A stretch of 54,375 nt of DNA, filler included, from Bipalium vagum (taxonomy: Eukaryota), in NCBI GenBank assembly GCA_037834085.1. It is 2 parts of 2 records of this genome, joined end to end, with 100 filler letters (N's around TTAATTAATTAA, not from the genome) between each part and the next. Parts side by side here need not be neighbours in the genome. Positions count along the whole stretch, not along the records: positions 1 to 26,921 come from JBBMKC010117662.1; 1 more part is not named here. One strand, 5' to 3'. The position numbers and the translations under genes were made by a program. Within the stretch, counting starts at the first letter, position 1. The number at the start of each line of letters is the position of its first letter. The notes under the pieces are model-generated. The model had not been told where the DNA came from. It saw only the letters and a program-made list of their open reading frames with translations, and ran no database searches. Below are positions 12,901 to 20,835 of the stretch, piece by piece.

Positions 12901-15900
12901 CGGAAAATGATGATTGAGGATTTAGGTAAGAAAAAGATATGTTCACGGTTCGTTTATCACAGCTTGCAACGGAGAGTCTATTGGTGCAGAAATTTTTATC
13001 AAATCAATTGTTACTGGTGATGAGCCGTCGTGTTTTCAATATGATCCTGAAACCAAACGACAGAGCATGCAATAGGGTTCAAAGAGCTTTCCCAAACCAA
13101 ATATGTTACGGCTACAAAAATCAATGATTAAAACCACCCTAATTGCGATGGAGTCATTCACAAAGAATTTCGACCTCCTGATAAGACAGTCAATGCTGTT
13201 TATTACGAAGAAGTGATGCCTCGATTTTTGAAAAGAATCCACAGTATTAGACCTCAGTGTAGTGCTAAAGGACGTTGAATTATTTTCGCACTTTCTCATA
13301 AGTCAATAATTGTAAAGAAATTTCTGGCTGAAAAGGGAGATATGGTGATCAACCAAGCACCATATTGACCGGATTTAGCTCCAACAGATTTCATGCTATT
13401 TTCAAAGCTGAAAGCTATACTTTAAAAAGTTTCAAGATATTGAGGATATTCTGACGAATGTTATAAGAGAAATGAAGGGTATTCCAAAAGAGGATTTCAA
13501 AAAAGGTTTTGGCGCTAAGATGTACGAAAAGATGTATAAAGATGTCCTAAGTGTTTTCAAGTAAAAACTGACTACTTTGAGTAATGGTATATGATTTATT
13601 GCTGTCATATGTACCTTTGATTTTGTACAGTTAAAGACCTGGAACTTTATTTTCACACCATGTATTAATATATTTTGTTGGGTTTACCCAAGATAACCCC
13701 CCCCGAGAAAAAAAATGTTATAAATAATAATAATAATAATAATTAAGTTAATTAACTATTGAAAAACAATTAAAAACTCCCGCAAATTTTTATTTTGATA
13801 ACACTTAAAAAATAAAACAGCCCTCCAAAAGTAATTTTTATTTTAAAGAATTCTACAAAACAGGCAGTTTATAAATATTAATGGTCATCAGAAAATAATT
13901 TTTTAGGGAATTTTAGAGTTTTAATAAAATTTTTAAAATTTTAAGATTATTTCAAGAATAATCTCCAGATGAAGATCAGTTTCAGAAAAGTATATAAGAA
14001 GAGGGATTTTAGCATAATTTTACCCCTCAGTAAACGTGCAGTATAAATGTAGCAGAGTATTATTGATAGAAGCAGAATATGATTGATTTCCAGAAGCAGA
14101 ATATTATTGATTTAAAAGGTGAAGAATATTAATGATCATCAGTAAAACAAGTATTTTAATGTCTGGGTTATGCTTAAAATTCCCCATCAGCGGGTTATCG
14201 GTGAGCAACCGTTAGGTCTCAGACGATAACTCGGGAGTTTTAGTGGAAGTAAGCCGTAAGACTTCCATTTCCTTTTATCTTTATTTTTGTTGTTGTTAAA
14301 GTAATTATTAATATTGATTAATTTAGTGTACGAGTAATATTTTGTTTAATTGGATTTTGATTTAAACATTATATCTTAATTGACTTTTATTAGGACTTGA
14401 CATTACTGTTTGATAAAAAAGTAGTTATTTTAAGTATTATTCTATTAAGACATTGTATTTGATTAATTCATTCTTTTGACTTTATTGTTGTTTGGTTATA
14501 TTTTATTTTATTTTGAGAAATAGTTTGATTTGAAAGTTTGAAACATTTCAGACATTAAAAATTGTGACCCCAGACTTTGATCATCATTCTGTATTTTGTG
14601 ATTGTGTGGTATAAATAAAAATTGTTGCTTTACTAATTGTTATTATTTGCACCACCTAGGAGTTGGAGCCAGGTTTAAATTTGATACACAAAATAGTAAA
14701 CAATTTTATTATATTAATATAGTGCTTTTATAATGATGATAATAACAGTAATTATTATTTAATAATTATAATATTAATATCAATATTAATATCCCAGACC
14801 CTTAGTGGTCTCTTGGATTTGTGCCATTATCGAACCCAACAAACATAACGAAGCGAATACAATGGTCAAAGTTTTATAACGGAATGAAAAGTAAAAATCT
14901 TATTTTTCAAAGCCACCTTCAGTACTTTGGATAGACTAGGGTGACCGGCATTGGGTCCGTTTAAATCAACAGTTTGATTTTTTCCAATCATTAATCTTTT
15001 CCTTTATGGTATTTAACTTGAAGCGTCAAACTTCTACCGATTTTCTTGATTAAAGATAATATTATAGTGGGTAAATTGGTCTTTAGTCAACCAAGTTTAG
15101 GGGGTCAGGAACTGAAACATGACAATCCAAATCTAATGACAGATAACTTTATAGGATCACAATGACTTGGCTGTCACCATTTTGCTGGGGTTACCAAGAG
15201 CGCAAGAGTTCGACACTAAAAGAAACCAAAATGCTCGGTATAATTATAATAATAAAAAATTAATCAATAATAATAAAAAATAATTATTAATAAAAAAATT
15301 AATAATTTCATTAAAGAATAATAATTAAAATTAATTGCGCGAAAAATATTTTGAAAAAAAGAAAAATTATTGACTAAAAATTAATCAATCAAACAAAAAT
15401 CAATTTACGAAAAATAGTTCACTGTGTGATTAGATTGCTGAAATACCACAGAGTGCCACTCACTTTAAGTGCAGAGTGATTGCTGAGCCGCTTCATACAA
15501 ACTCAACTCAAAACGATGCAGGGGTACCAACAACTAAGATACCACTACATAAAAGTCTGATGATGGTGCTGAAACCCATAAATTCAAGTCACATTCCACC
15601 AGTATTTGGTTCTATAGTTGATTTCCTTTTATTTTCTTTGATGATTTTAATGATTGAAGAAGCGAAAGAGGTTTAACAATAAAAGGTCAGAGTGTGTTTG
15701 AAAATTGTTTTGTGATGGGACGCTGAAAAGGTCATTCTTTTAGGAAAGACCCTTCATTTATGTTCACTCTGGTTAATGGGCAATTGACAAGGTTGTAATA
15801 TTTGATGGAAGGCTTCAAAAGCCATTTCGAAGTATTATATAAATGATATATTTATATTTTTATTATTATTTATATTGTTATATATATTATTATTATTATA

Positions 15901-18900
15901 TATATTGTTATATATATTATATATATTATTATTATTAGATATATTGTGATATATATTATTATTATTAAAAATTTACTTTTAAATAAAATATGAAATTAAA
16001 AGATTTATAGATAAATTTAGTAATATAAATAAATAATTAAAAAAGAAAATAATTTTAATTTTAAAAATTTTTAAAAAAAATTATTATGAATTATTAATAT
16101 TATAAATCATTTTTATATTGTTAAAGTAAAAGTCCGTTAATAAGGAAAAATTTTTTTTAAAACCTAAGCACAACTGAAAATAGGAAAATAATTAAATAAT
16201 ATAATAAATATATATAAAATGTATAAGTATTTTTCATGAATTCCTTATCAAGAAATACCGGTTGTATCACAACCGAGGACATTGTCTGTCAATTTTGTAC
16301 GAAAATATATTTCATTTAAATCTTTGTATATTTTTAGATATTTCATAGAAGCAGGTTTTGTTTAAATGAATAAATGATGATCAATATTTCTAATTTAGGT
16401 ATGAATCGACATTTGAAAATTGATTTAATTCGATTTAATTAGGATAATGGAAATTCCCATAAAGATGCAATTAGGGAAATCAGACGCAAAAGAAATATAA
16501 CTAAGGACCCATGTACATGTTCTGCACAATCCAAAGAAGTGAAAAAACTGGGATTTGTTGTCAATATATTACATTATATAATATAATTATTATTAAATTT
16601 TTGAAATTATAAATAATAATGTAACATAAACCTCCCAAATTGGCTCTGAATGCGACTCCAAAACTGCAAAAACTGTTGTTTGCTTCTGCTGCAATAACAC
16701 TGGCACAAAGCGTACCGTGACTATCTTTGGAAGGCATTTCCTTAATGTACTGAGGCCCTCGGGGATTTGAGTTGACATTTCGAGGGTCATTTAGATCTAA
16801 AGAGGCGGCAGGATCAAAATTATTTTTCAGATCAATGTGCCTTGTGTCAATACCGTCATCAATAACGGTAATTACGATGCCCCGGCCTGATATATTGGCT
16901 TTGAGCACACTAAAAATGTTCATGTCAAGACCTGGATTCACGCCTTGATATTGACCTTTATTATTCTATGGATTATGGACAGATCCGATTTTATCAATTA
17001 ATTTAAAATGAATTAATTACATATTGCCATATATTCAGAAACTCAGGATCATTGAGAAAGAAGTCCCGGTTTCGATATTCTCGTTCCTCGACGAGTTTTA
17101 AGTATTCCATGTCATCCTGATAACCATTTTATATCGTCATTCAACACAGTTAACAAATTACTTTAGACAATTTCTCATTCTCCTTTCCTTCATTACTGTC
17201 ACTAACTTCATCTTTCACTTCTTCTATCCTTGGAATTTTCTTTTCATTCTTAAAAAAATTTTATAAAGAATATAAATTGTAAAATATTAATAATTAGAAT
17301 AAAATAAAAAAAATTTAAAAAAATGGACGAATTAAAATCAATATAAGAATACTTATAAAGGTAATAATTATTAAAATAATATAATATTTTTATATTATTT
17401 ATTTAGGCTATATATTTGTGGGTATGCGAAAGATTGTTTACTGAAATTAAACAAGAATGCAAGTTATCAGCCCCAGTCTACATTAGACTTAGAAAATTTC
17501 TAATTTCACAGATCAAAGAATATTGGATAACTAATCCCATAAGATTGGGTGGCCCTGGTCAGACAGTGTAATGTGATGAAACAAAAATAAATCACAATGT
17601 CAAAGCTCACAGAGGAAGAACACCAATTACACCAACTTGGGTTTTAACCATTGTTGACACTTCTTTTAAACCAGCAAGAGGATACGTCGAAATTATACCC
17701 GATAAAAGAAGTGTCACAATTTTGCCTATAAAAGGTGGTTAAATTTGGATCAATAATTTATTTTATTAATGAATTTATGTTCTTAGACTTGTTCAAAGAA
17801 AATTCATTTAATAAAATATTGTTATTGTTAAATTTAATAAATCTCTGGTTTAATTATTTTTTTTCATTTGTTTTATGAAATATTAATATTTCAGTGTTGT
17901 GTTAATTTGTCCAAAAATTTGGGGTTGTGAGATTAAATTGGTTATTTATCGGAGTTGTGAGATTTAATTGGTTGTGTGACGGGGTTGTGAGATTTAATTG
18001 ACCGGGTTTGGGATTGTCAGATTTAATTCGTCCATTAAAAAAATAAAAAAATAAAAAATAAATAAAAACAATAATAAATAACAATACTAACACAACATAT
18101 ATCAAGAAAAAGTGACATTAATTAATAAAGATAAGTCTAATTACATATTTGGGTTTAGAAAATTATTTTATTGTTTAATATTACATTTATCAGAAAATAC
18201 TTCACGACCTTTGAAAAAAAAGAAAATATTTCTCTTGTAACGAAAAATCTCATTAAGTATTAAAAAAGTTATCAATACTGAGATACAATTAAANNNNNNN
18301 NNNNNNNNNNNNNNNNNNNNNNNNNNNNNNNNNNNNNNNNNNNNNNNNNNNNNNNNNNNNNNNNNNNNNNNNNNNNNNNNNNNNNNNNNNNNNNNNNNNN
18401 NNNNNNNNNNNNNNNNNNNNNNNNNNTTATCCTCTGCATCTGATTTGACCTCGAGTTCCACATATTCATCCATTTCATTAGCAAAATTCTTTTGGAAATC
18501 TTCAAGGACCTTCATTTTTACTTCTTTACTTAAATATTTATCATCATATAAATATTCCGACAAATATTCCTGTTCCTTTAGTTCTACTTCCAGATCCACT
18601 TGCTTTTCAACTCTGTGGATCTTTCATCAAATTAAAAATGGACTTAAAAGTCAAAGAATTCCTGTTACCATTGGATGTTCTTTCAATATCTGTAAAATGA
18701 GTTCTGAAACGTCTCTTTTACAGCGCTCATTTGAGCAGCCGTTTTTATGTTTCAAATGGTAGACATTGCCAAGAGCACTGACCTTCAAAGAGATATTCAA
18801 AAATGATTCTTTCAGAAATCCTCGTCATACCTTCCGAACAACTTCTATATTATATGAGCTGAGATCCAAGTTGGCTTCAAGATCATCCATATCCATTTCC

Positions 18901-18992
18901 ACAGCGTATTCATCATATTGATCGAGACTAACTTTATTTTGCAACAGAGGTAAAATGAACATTAATAATAGAAATGAGTTCATCAGTAACAT
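3748..18992 (-). CDS. Kexin/furin-family proprotein convertase (S8B, PC3-like), 10 exons visible, 3' end (P-domain) not in window
   Basis: Exons 18992-18831, 18782-18669, 18620-(gap at 18426), 17248-17162, 17116-17021, 16965-16632, 11563-11388, 7350-7120, 4130-4030, 3978-3748. All resolvable junctions are GT-AG with compatible phases. Motifs: VIDDG (Asp), SHGTLCA (His), SNSWGPKD, FAAGNGG (oxyanion Asn), GTSAATP (Ser), ANPYLSWRDVQHL, YGFGLLD. Confidence 0.95.
4030..4130 (-). CDS. Convertase exon 9: catalytic Ser
   Basis: ISSGINNACSQGFVGTSAATPLAAACVGLAFEA(N); TTCCAG acceptor; a 51-bp intron follows. Confidence 0.97.
4461..5740 (-). mobile_element. Decayed mariner transposase relic(s) in convertase intron
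   Basis: Minus-strand 'FAEFQRERTNIKDKFRGDRP' (HTH end), 'ITGDETWIY' near 4950, and CVNFQ/GIIRDE remnants; many stops. Confidence 0.75.
5800..6800 (-). mobile_element. Decayed Tc1-like relic
   Basis: Minus-strand 'KDKEHPGLP' (R-x-GRP linker) and 'DNATPK' (second Asp region); heavily frameshifted. Confidence 0.4.
7120..7350 (-). CDS. Convertase exon 8: oxyanion-hole Asn
   Basis: GRGGRGSIYLFAAGNGGNNRDHCGADGMVNSPYTIAVTSVNIYGRKPDYTEECSAISITAAVGGFSAGSGQNINPSL; 231 nt, phase 0-0. Confidence 0.97.
7720..8410 (+). mobile_element. Decayed, internally deleted mariner
   Basis: 'PANSPD..SPTDYCIF' near 8125-8170 matches YSPDLAPxD; 5' 'FRVEFR..YYS' HTH remnant. Confidence 0.65.
8935..9620 (+). mobile_element. 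Mariner 5' relic (HTH)
   Basis: ORF 9181..9372 'QRTIVFFL..EIVRRL....DEDAIRKITVYKWIYRFSSGR' is a Mos1-type HTH; it is followed by 'MRKLTSTRVHRL' (WVPHEL region). Confidence 0.75.
10580..10760. repeat. (ATT)n-rich low-complexity tract
   Basis: Degenerate TAT/ATT repeats; explains ORF 10512..10760. Confidence 0.85.
10948..11350 (-). ncRNA. Candidate intronic structured RNA (~400 nt), unknown class
   Basis: GC-richer island closed by AAAAACTGG/CCAGTTTTT, with at least six internal helices. G-U wobbles favour the minus (host-sense) strand. No family recognised. Confidence 0.45.
11388..11563 (-). CDS. Convertase exon 7
   Basis: (G)IRMLAKSMVTDLLEAFALTHNNQYIDIYSNSWGPKDSGTRTAPITHYVQKALQTGTKK; TTTTTGTAG acceptor, GTAGGG donor. 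Confidence 0.97.
12433..13662 (+). mobile_element. Full-length defective mariner (1230 bp)
   Basis: 27-bp TIRs (AACGGTGTGACAATAAAGTTCCAGGAC / GACCTGGAACTTTATTTTCACACCATG) with TA on both sides. Motifs 'IVTGDEPSCFQYDPETKRQS' and 'APY*PDLAPTDFMLFSKLK'; frameshifted. Confidence 0.93.
13676..14702 (+). mobile_element. Solo LTR copy A (1027 bp), 4-bp TSD ATTT
   Basis: TGTTGGGTTT...ATAGTAAACA; ATTT at 13672-75 and 14703-06; TATATAAG at 13991; AATAAA near 14614. The 3' ~130 bp are homologous to copy B. Confidence 0.88.
15840..15970. repeat. TA/ATT low-complexity repeat
   Basis: Repeated ATATATTATT/TATTGT units. Confidence 0.8.
16632..16965 (-). CDS. Convertase exon 6: catalytic Asp and His
   Basis: NNKGQYQGVNPGLDMNI...GRGIVITVIDDGID...SHGTLCASVIAAEANNSFCSFGVAFRANLG; phase-1 donor at 16631. 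Confidence 0.97.
17021..17116 (-). CDS. Convertase exon 5: putative activation site and mature N-terminus
   Basis: DDMEYLKLVEEREYRNR/DFFLNDPEFLNIWQY aligns to furin RTKR/D..PTDPKFPQQWYL; a 55-bp intron follows. Confidence 0.88.
17162..17248 (-). CDS. Convertase exon 4: acidic/charged linker
   Basis: NEKKIPRIEEVKDEVSDSNEGKENEKLSK; 87 nt, TTTTTTAAG acceptor, GTAATT donor, 45-bp intron to the next exon. Confidence 0.7.
17324..18034 (+). mobile_element. Internally deleted Merlin (IS1595/ISXO2-like) transposon, 711 bp, 9-bp TSD
   Basis: TIR TGGACGAATTAAA / TTTAATTCGTCCA; TTAAAAAAA at 17315-23 and 18035-43. Translation from 17521: 'NPIRLGGPGQTV*CDETKINHNVKAHRGRTP..TWVLTIVDTSFKPARGYVEIIPDKRSVTILPI'. 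Subterminal repeats with ~30-bp period at 17921-18030. Confidence 0.88.
18294..18426. other. Assembly gap (N-run) inside convertase exon 3
   Basis: 133 N. Confidence 0.99.
18427..18620 (-). CDS. Convertase exon 3 (runs into assembly gap): end of pro-domain fold and acidic insert
   Basis: IHRVEKQVDLEVELKEQEYLSEYLYDDKYLSKEVKMKVLEDFQKNFANEMDEYVELEVKSDAED...; acceptor AAAG ending at 18621; open up to the N-run. Confidence 0.8.
18669..18782 (-). CDS. Convertase exon 2: pro-domain core with internal RCKR site
   Basis: VSALGNVYHLKHKNGCSNERCKRDVSELILQILKEHPM; 114 nt, flanked by two 48-bp GT-AG introns. Resembles PC1 'IGSLENHYLFKHKN..RRSRR'. Confidence 0.88.
18831..18992 (-). CDS. Convertase exon 1: signal peptide and start of S8 pro-domain
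   Basis: MLLMNSFLLLMFILPLLQNKVSLDQYDEYAVEMDMDDLEANLDLSSYNIEVVRK; 162 nt, donor GTATGA at 18830. EYAVE corresponds to the PC1 'EWAAE' pro-domain strand. Confidence 0.85.
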
Positions 18993-19389
18993 AGATTTAA
19001 AGGAAAATAATTTAATTTCTAATTTCTAATAATTTCTATTTTAAAGGTTCAATATTCAACCTACGGTAATAAGTGACAGTTAATTATAATTAAGTAAATA
19101 AAACAAAACATTTTTTATTAAATTATCTAATGAAATTTTTGGAGCGCTTAAAATAAATAAAGATTTGAATTAAATTAGATTATTTCTGGCTTACTTTTAA
19201 TTTTTTAAAATAATTTAACTTATTTATCACTTTGCAAAATTGAACAAAAATTAATAGACAAACATTTTTTAAAGGAATTACGCATATCTTAAAAATTAAC
19301 TCAATTTTAATATGGATTTTCAATCCAGGTATGGGTTCTTAATCAATAAAACTTCAAAATAAATTTTATTATTAACATACAAACATTAA

Positions 19390-19620
19390 TTTTACGGACT
19401 TCCGGCTCTATATGATTCCTAAATTTCATATAAGCGAATTCTTATCGTCTCCGTATGACAATCAAAAATTGTGGCCAATTCTTCAGTACTTTGTTTCGGG
19501 TTCTCATCAATCAATCTCTTTAGATTGTTAAAGTTGACAAAAGATGGACCACCTGTTCTCGAGAAATCTTCAAAAATTCTGTTGCCATCTTTATATTTTC
19601 TAAACCACTTTTCCGAAATT
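19390..19620 (-). mobile_element. Mariner HTH relic
   Basis: 'KWFRKYKDGNRIFEDFSRTGGPSFVNFNNLKRLIDENPKQSTEELATIFDCH'. Confidence 0.85.
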
Positions 19621-20429
19621 AGTTAAATTGATTTCCAATTTTTCAGAATAGTTAAAGATTTCCAATAAGAATACCAACAAACAACAGGTTTAACATTTTT
19701 ATACATGCCTTCATGGTCATCAACTGAAAGAAAAGTTTTTAATTTTATCTTCATATTATTTATTAATTTATGAAAGTCTTCATATTCTTTTGTTACTTTT
19801 GTGATCACATTTTAACTATTATTAAAAAATTTGACTTTTAAAATTCAATTTTTCATTTTTTGATTAAGTCAAGAAATAATAAAAAATTTCTTGTAAAACG
19901 TTTCATTTCTATTTCTTTTAAGTCTTTTGTCCACCTTTAGAAATATGTAAAATTTCTTTATCTTTTTTTTCTATTTTAGTTAATGTTTTATTTTTTTCTT
20001 CAAATGAAATTAGTTGATTTTGAAAATTAGCTAAAAGAGAATTATTTTTTTCCTTACTGTTCTATTTACACTAATTTCATTTAGTAAATCTTTTCTAACT
20101 TGTTTTATATTAGATGATAACTCTATAAAACATTGCTTCGCATATTTTAAATTTAGAACATCATTATCATTTATTGGATAAGCAACATTTATTTTTTTTA
20201 TTATTCATATTTAAATTTATAATTCCTTTCATAATCATACCAGTAACCCTTTCCAAAAATAAAAAACTATTTAGCAAAAAGATTTTATTTATTGAATAGA
20301 CACTTGGTGTGGATAAAGTCATGAGACTCGTACAGAAACTAAAATAAAATTTCATGAAATTTCAAAAATAAATTAATTAATATTGTATATAGATAAGTAT
20401 TATTATATTTGTTTTAAGTGGTAAGCTTT

Positions 20430-20835
20430 TGTTGACATTAGGTACGACTTTTTTTGAAAAAATGTATCATCAAGTGGAATTCCGAAGAGTCAAATGGTTT
20501 TTGATGTTGAAGAAGTCAGAAAAGAAGGAAATTATTTCTCAAGCATATGGAAATGAAACACCATGCAAGGCGACTGTATACAATTACAAGGTTCAGAGAG
20601 TTTTCCTGTGGCAGGAACAATGTGTTTGACGAAGATAATAGGAGATGACCTACAGAAATTGGAGAACAAAAATTAAAAAAATTGTAGATAATAGTCAAAG
20701 AAGAAAGAAAAATTGTACAGAGAGAGCTTTTAACTAAACTTAATTTAAGAAGACTGTGCAGAACATGCTAGAGAGTATTGGAGCCAAAAAATATGTCTCT
20801 CGATTTCTGACAGCAGAGATGCGACAAAAGCGAAT
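20430..20835 (+). mobile_element. Mariner 5' relic abutting Gypsy pol
   Basis: 'ISQAYGNETPCKATVYN' HTH and 'VSRFLTAEMRQKR' (WVP region). Confidence 0.75.

Larger units (their letters stand above)
11624..14841 (-). mobile_element. Solo LTR copy D (~955 bp once two nested insertions are removed)
   Basis: Left end TGTGCTATTATTATACT..CGGTGTGCTCG resembles the left end of copy C; right end AACCCAACA at 14833-14841 matches the family terminus; carries the shared stem-loop at ~11905-11985. TSD not recognisable. Confidence 0.7.

Noticed and set aside
15550-15600. Hammerhead-like CTGATGA-TGGTGCT-GAAAC...GTC
   Set aside because: Core words are present, but stem II does not pair, stem III has only 2 bp and stem I has a mismatch. 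Compatible with chance.
17117-17161. Reading 'NDDIKWLS' as the end of the pro-domain
   Set aside because: That frame stops immediately (GGA TGA); the segment fits a 45-bp GT-AG intron.
17921-18030. CRISPR-like 20-bp repeats with 10-bp variable spacers
   Set aside because: Spacers are too short, the context is eukaryotic, and the repeats are subterminal copies of a transposon TIR.
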